60,390 nt of DNA from an uncultured Bacteroidales bacterium (GTDB taxonomy: Bacteria > Bacteroidota > Bacteroidia > Bacteroidales > UBA4417), in contig CAIWMA010000231.1 of the NCBI GenBank assembly GCA_903913645.1, positions 1-60,390 of the forward strand, in the 5' to 3' direction. Position numbers and translations under genes: made by a program. The notes under the pieces are model-generated. The model had not been told where the DNA came from, did not search any database, and saw only the letters and a program-made list of their open reading frames with translations. Positions 59,699 to 60,390 of this stretch are shown piece by piece (within the stretch, counting starts at the first letter, position 1; every line of letters begins with the position of its first letter).

Positions 59699-60390
59699 AT
59701 GACCGAAGCCATCAGACACACATTACGGGACTCGAAAGCAGCCCGTTGGACAGCCTTGTTAATTGTATCTTTTACCATGTTTGCCGGATATTATATGGCA
59801 GATGTATTAGCTCCTTTACAGGGATTATTGGAAAATAAACTGGGTTGGAGTAGCGCGGAATACGGGATAGTAACAAGTGCTTATGGCTGGTTCAATGTAT
59901 TTCTTGGCTTTCTGATATTAGGAGGTATTATTCTTGATAAAATGGGAGTGCGCTTTACAGGCTTGAGTTCGGCAGCAGTAATGGTTGCAGGAGCTGCAAT
60001 AAAATATTGGGCTGTTTCAACACATTCTTTAGATGGTGTAAACTGGCATGTATTATTCTGGGATGCGAAAGCCCAGGTTATGATAGCTGCACTTGGATAT
60101 GCCATATTTGGTGTTGGAGTAGAAGTTGCAGGTATTACTGTTTCAAAAATCATAGTAAAATGGTTTAAAGGCCACGAAATGGCACTGGCCATGGGACTCC
60201 AGATATCTATTGCCAGGCTTGGAACTGCCCTTGCAATATCAACTTCACTGCCAGTAGCTTATCGTTTTAATGTTTCTACTCCAATTTTGTTTTGTTTGAT
60301 CATGCTTTGCATAGGTTTCCTGGCATTTATAATGTACACTTTCAATGACAAAAAACTGGATGCTAGTGTAGCCGCTGATAACGAAAAGCA
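59699..60390 (+). CDS. MFS transporter (partial, runs off the window end)
   Basis: Not in the ORF track. Reading from the ATG at 59699 gives MTEAIRHTLRDSKAARWTALLIVSFTMF..., MFS motif A GGIILDKMGVR, and IVKWFKGHEMALAMG. Confidence 0.85.
   Translation, partial: MTEAIRHTLRDSKAARWTALLIVSFTMFAGYYMADVLAPLQGLLENKLGWSSAEYGIVTSAYGWFNVFLGFLILGGIILDKMGVRFTGLSSAAVMVAGAAIKYWAVSTHSLDGVNWHVLFWDAKAQVMIAALGYAIFGVGVEVAGITVSKIIVKWFKGHEMALAMGLQISIARLGTALAISTSLPVAYRFNVSTPILFCLIMLCIGFLAFIMYTFNDKKLDASVAADNEK

Noticed and set aside
59881-60192. 103-aa minus-strand ORF
   Set aside because: Antisense to the partial MFS transporter starting at 59699.

Overview
AT-rich chromosomal window from a Bacteroidota (probably Bacteroidales-like) bacterium. 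The assignment rests on TAnnTTTG promoter motifs, signal peptides ending at Gln (the Q-rule), a T9SS cargo protein, serine palmitoyltransferase, and a dnaA/LMW-PTP/methyltransferase arrangement. Most of the window is housekeeping: mnmE, sucD, a four-gene glycogen cluster ending in a glycogen synthase-phosphorylase fusion, fabG, a CheB-CheR-PAS fusion plus hybrid kinase, an spt + SDR sphingolipid pair, PBP1A, slyD, dnaA, yigZ, prmC and a truncated MFS gene. The best candidate for an undescribed system is 45.3-54.9 kb: six co-oriented genes that all encode Sec signal peptides with Gln at +1. They are a collagen/tail-fibre-like protein, a TPR protein with a Gly/Ala/Val-rich C-terminus, an unknown protein, an Ig-like + TolB-like propeller, an Hcp (T6SS tube)-like protein that unusually carries a signal peptide, and a frameshifted protein with a duplicated domain. 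No other T6SS gene is visible. The first two genes share a duplicated 55-bp upstream element containing an ATCATG-N6-CATGAT palindrome at identical spacing from a -7-like box. No rRNA, tRNA, CRISPR array, transposase or integrase was recognised. All family calls are by-eye motif recognition, not database searches.
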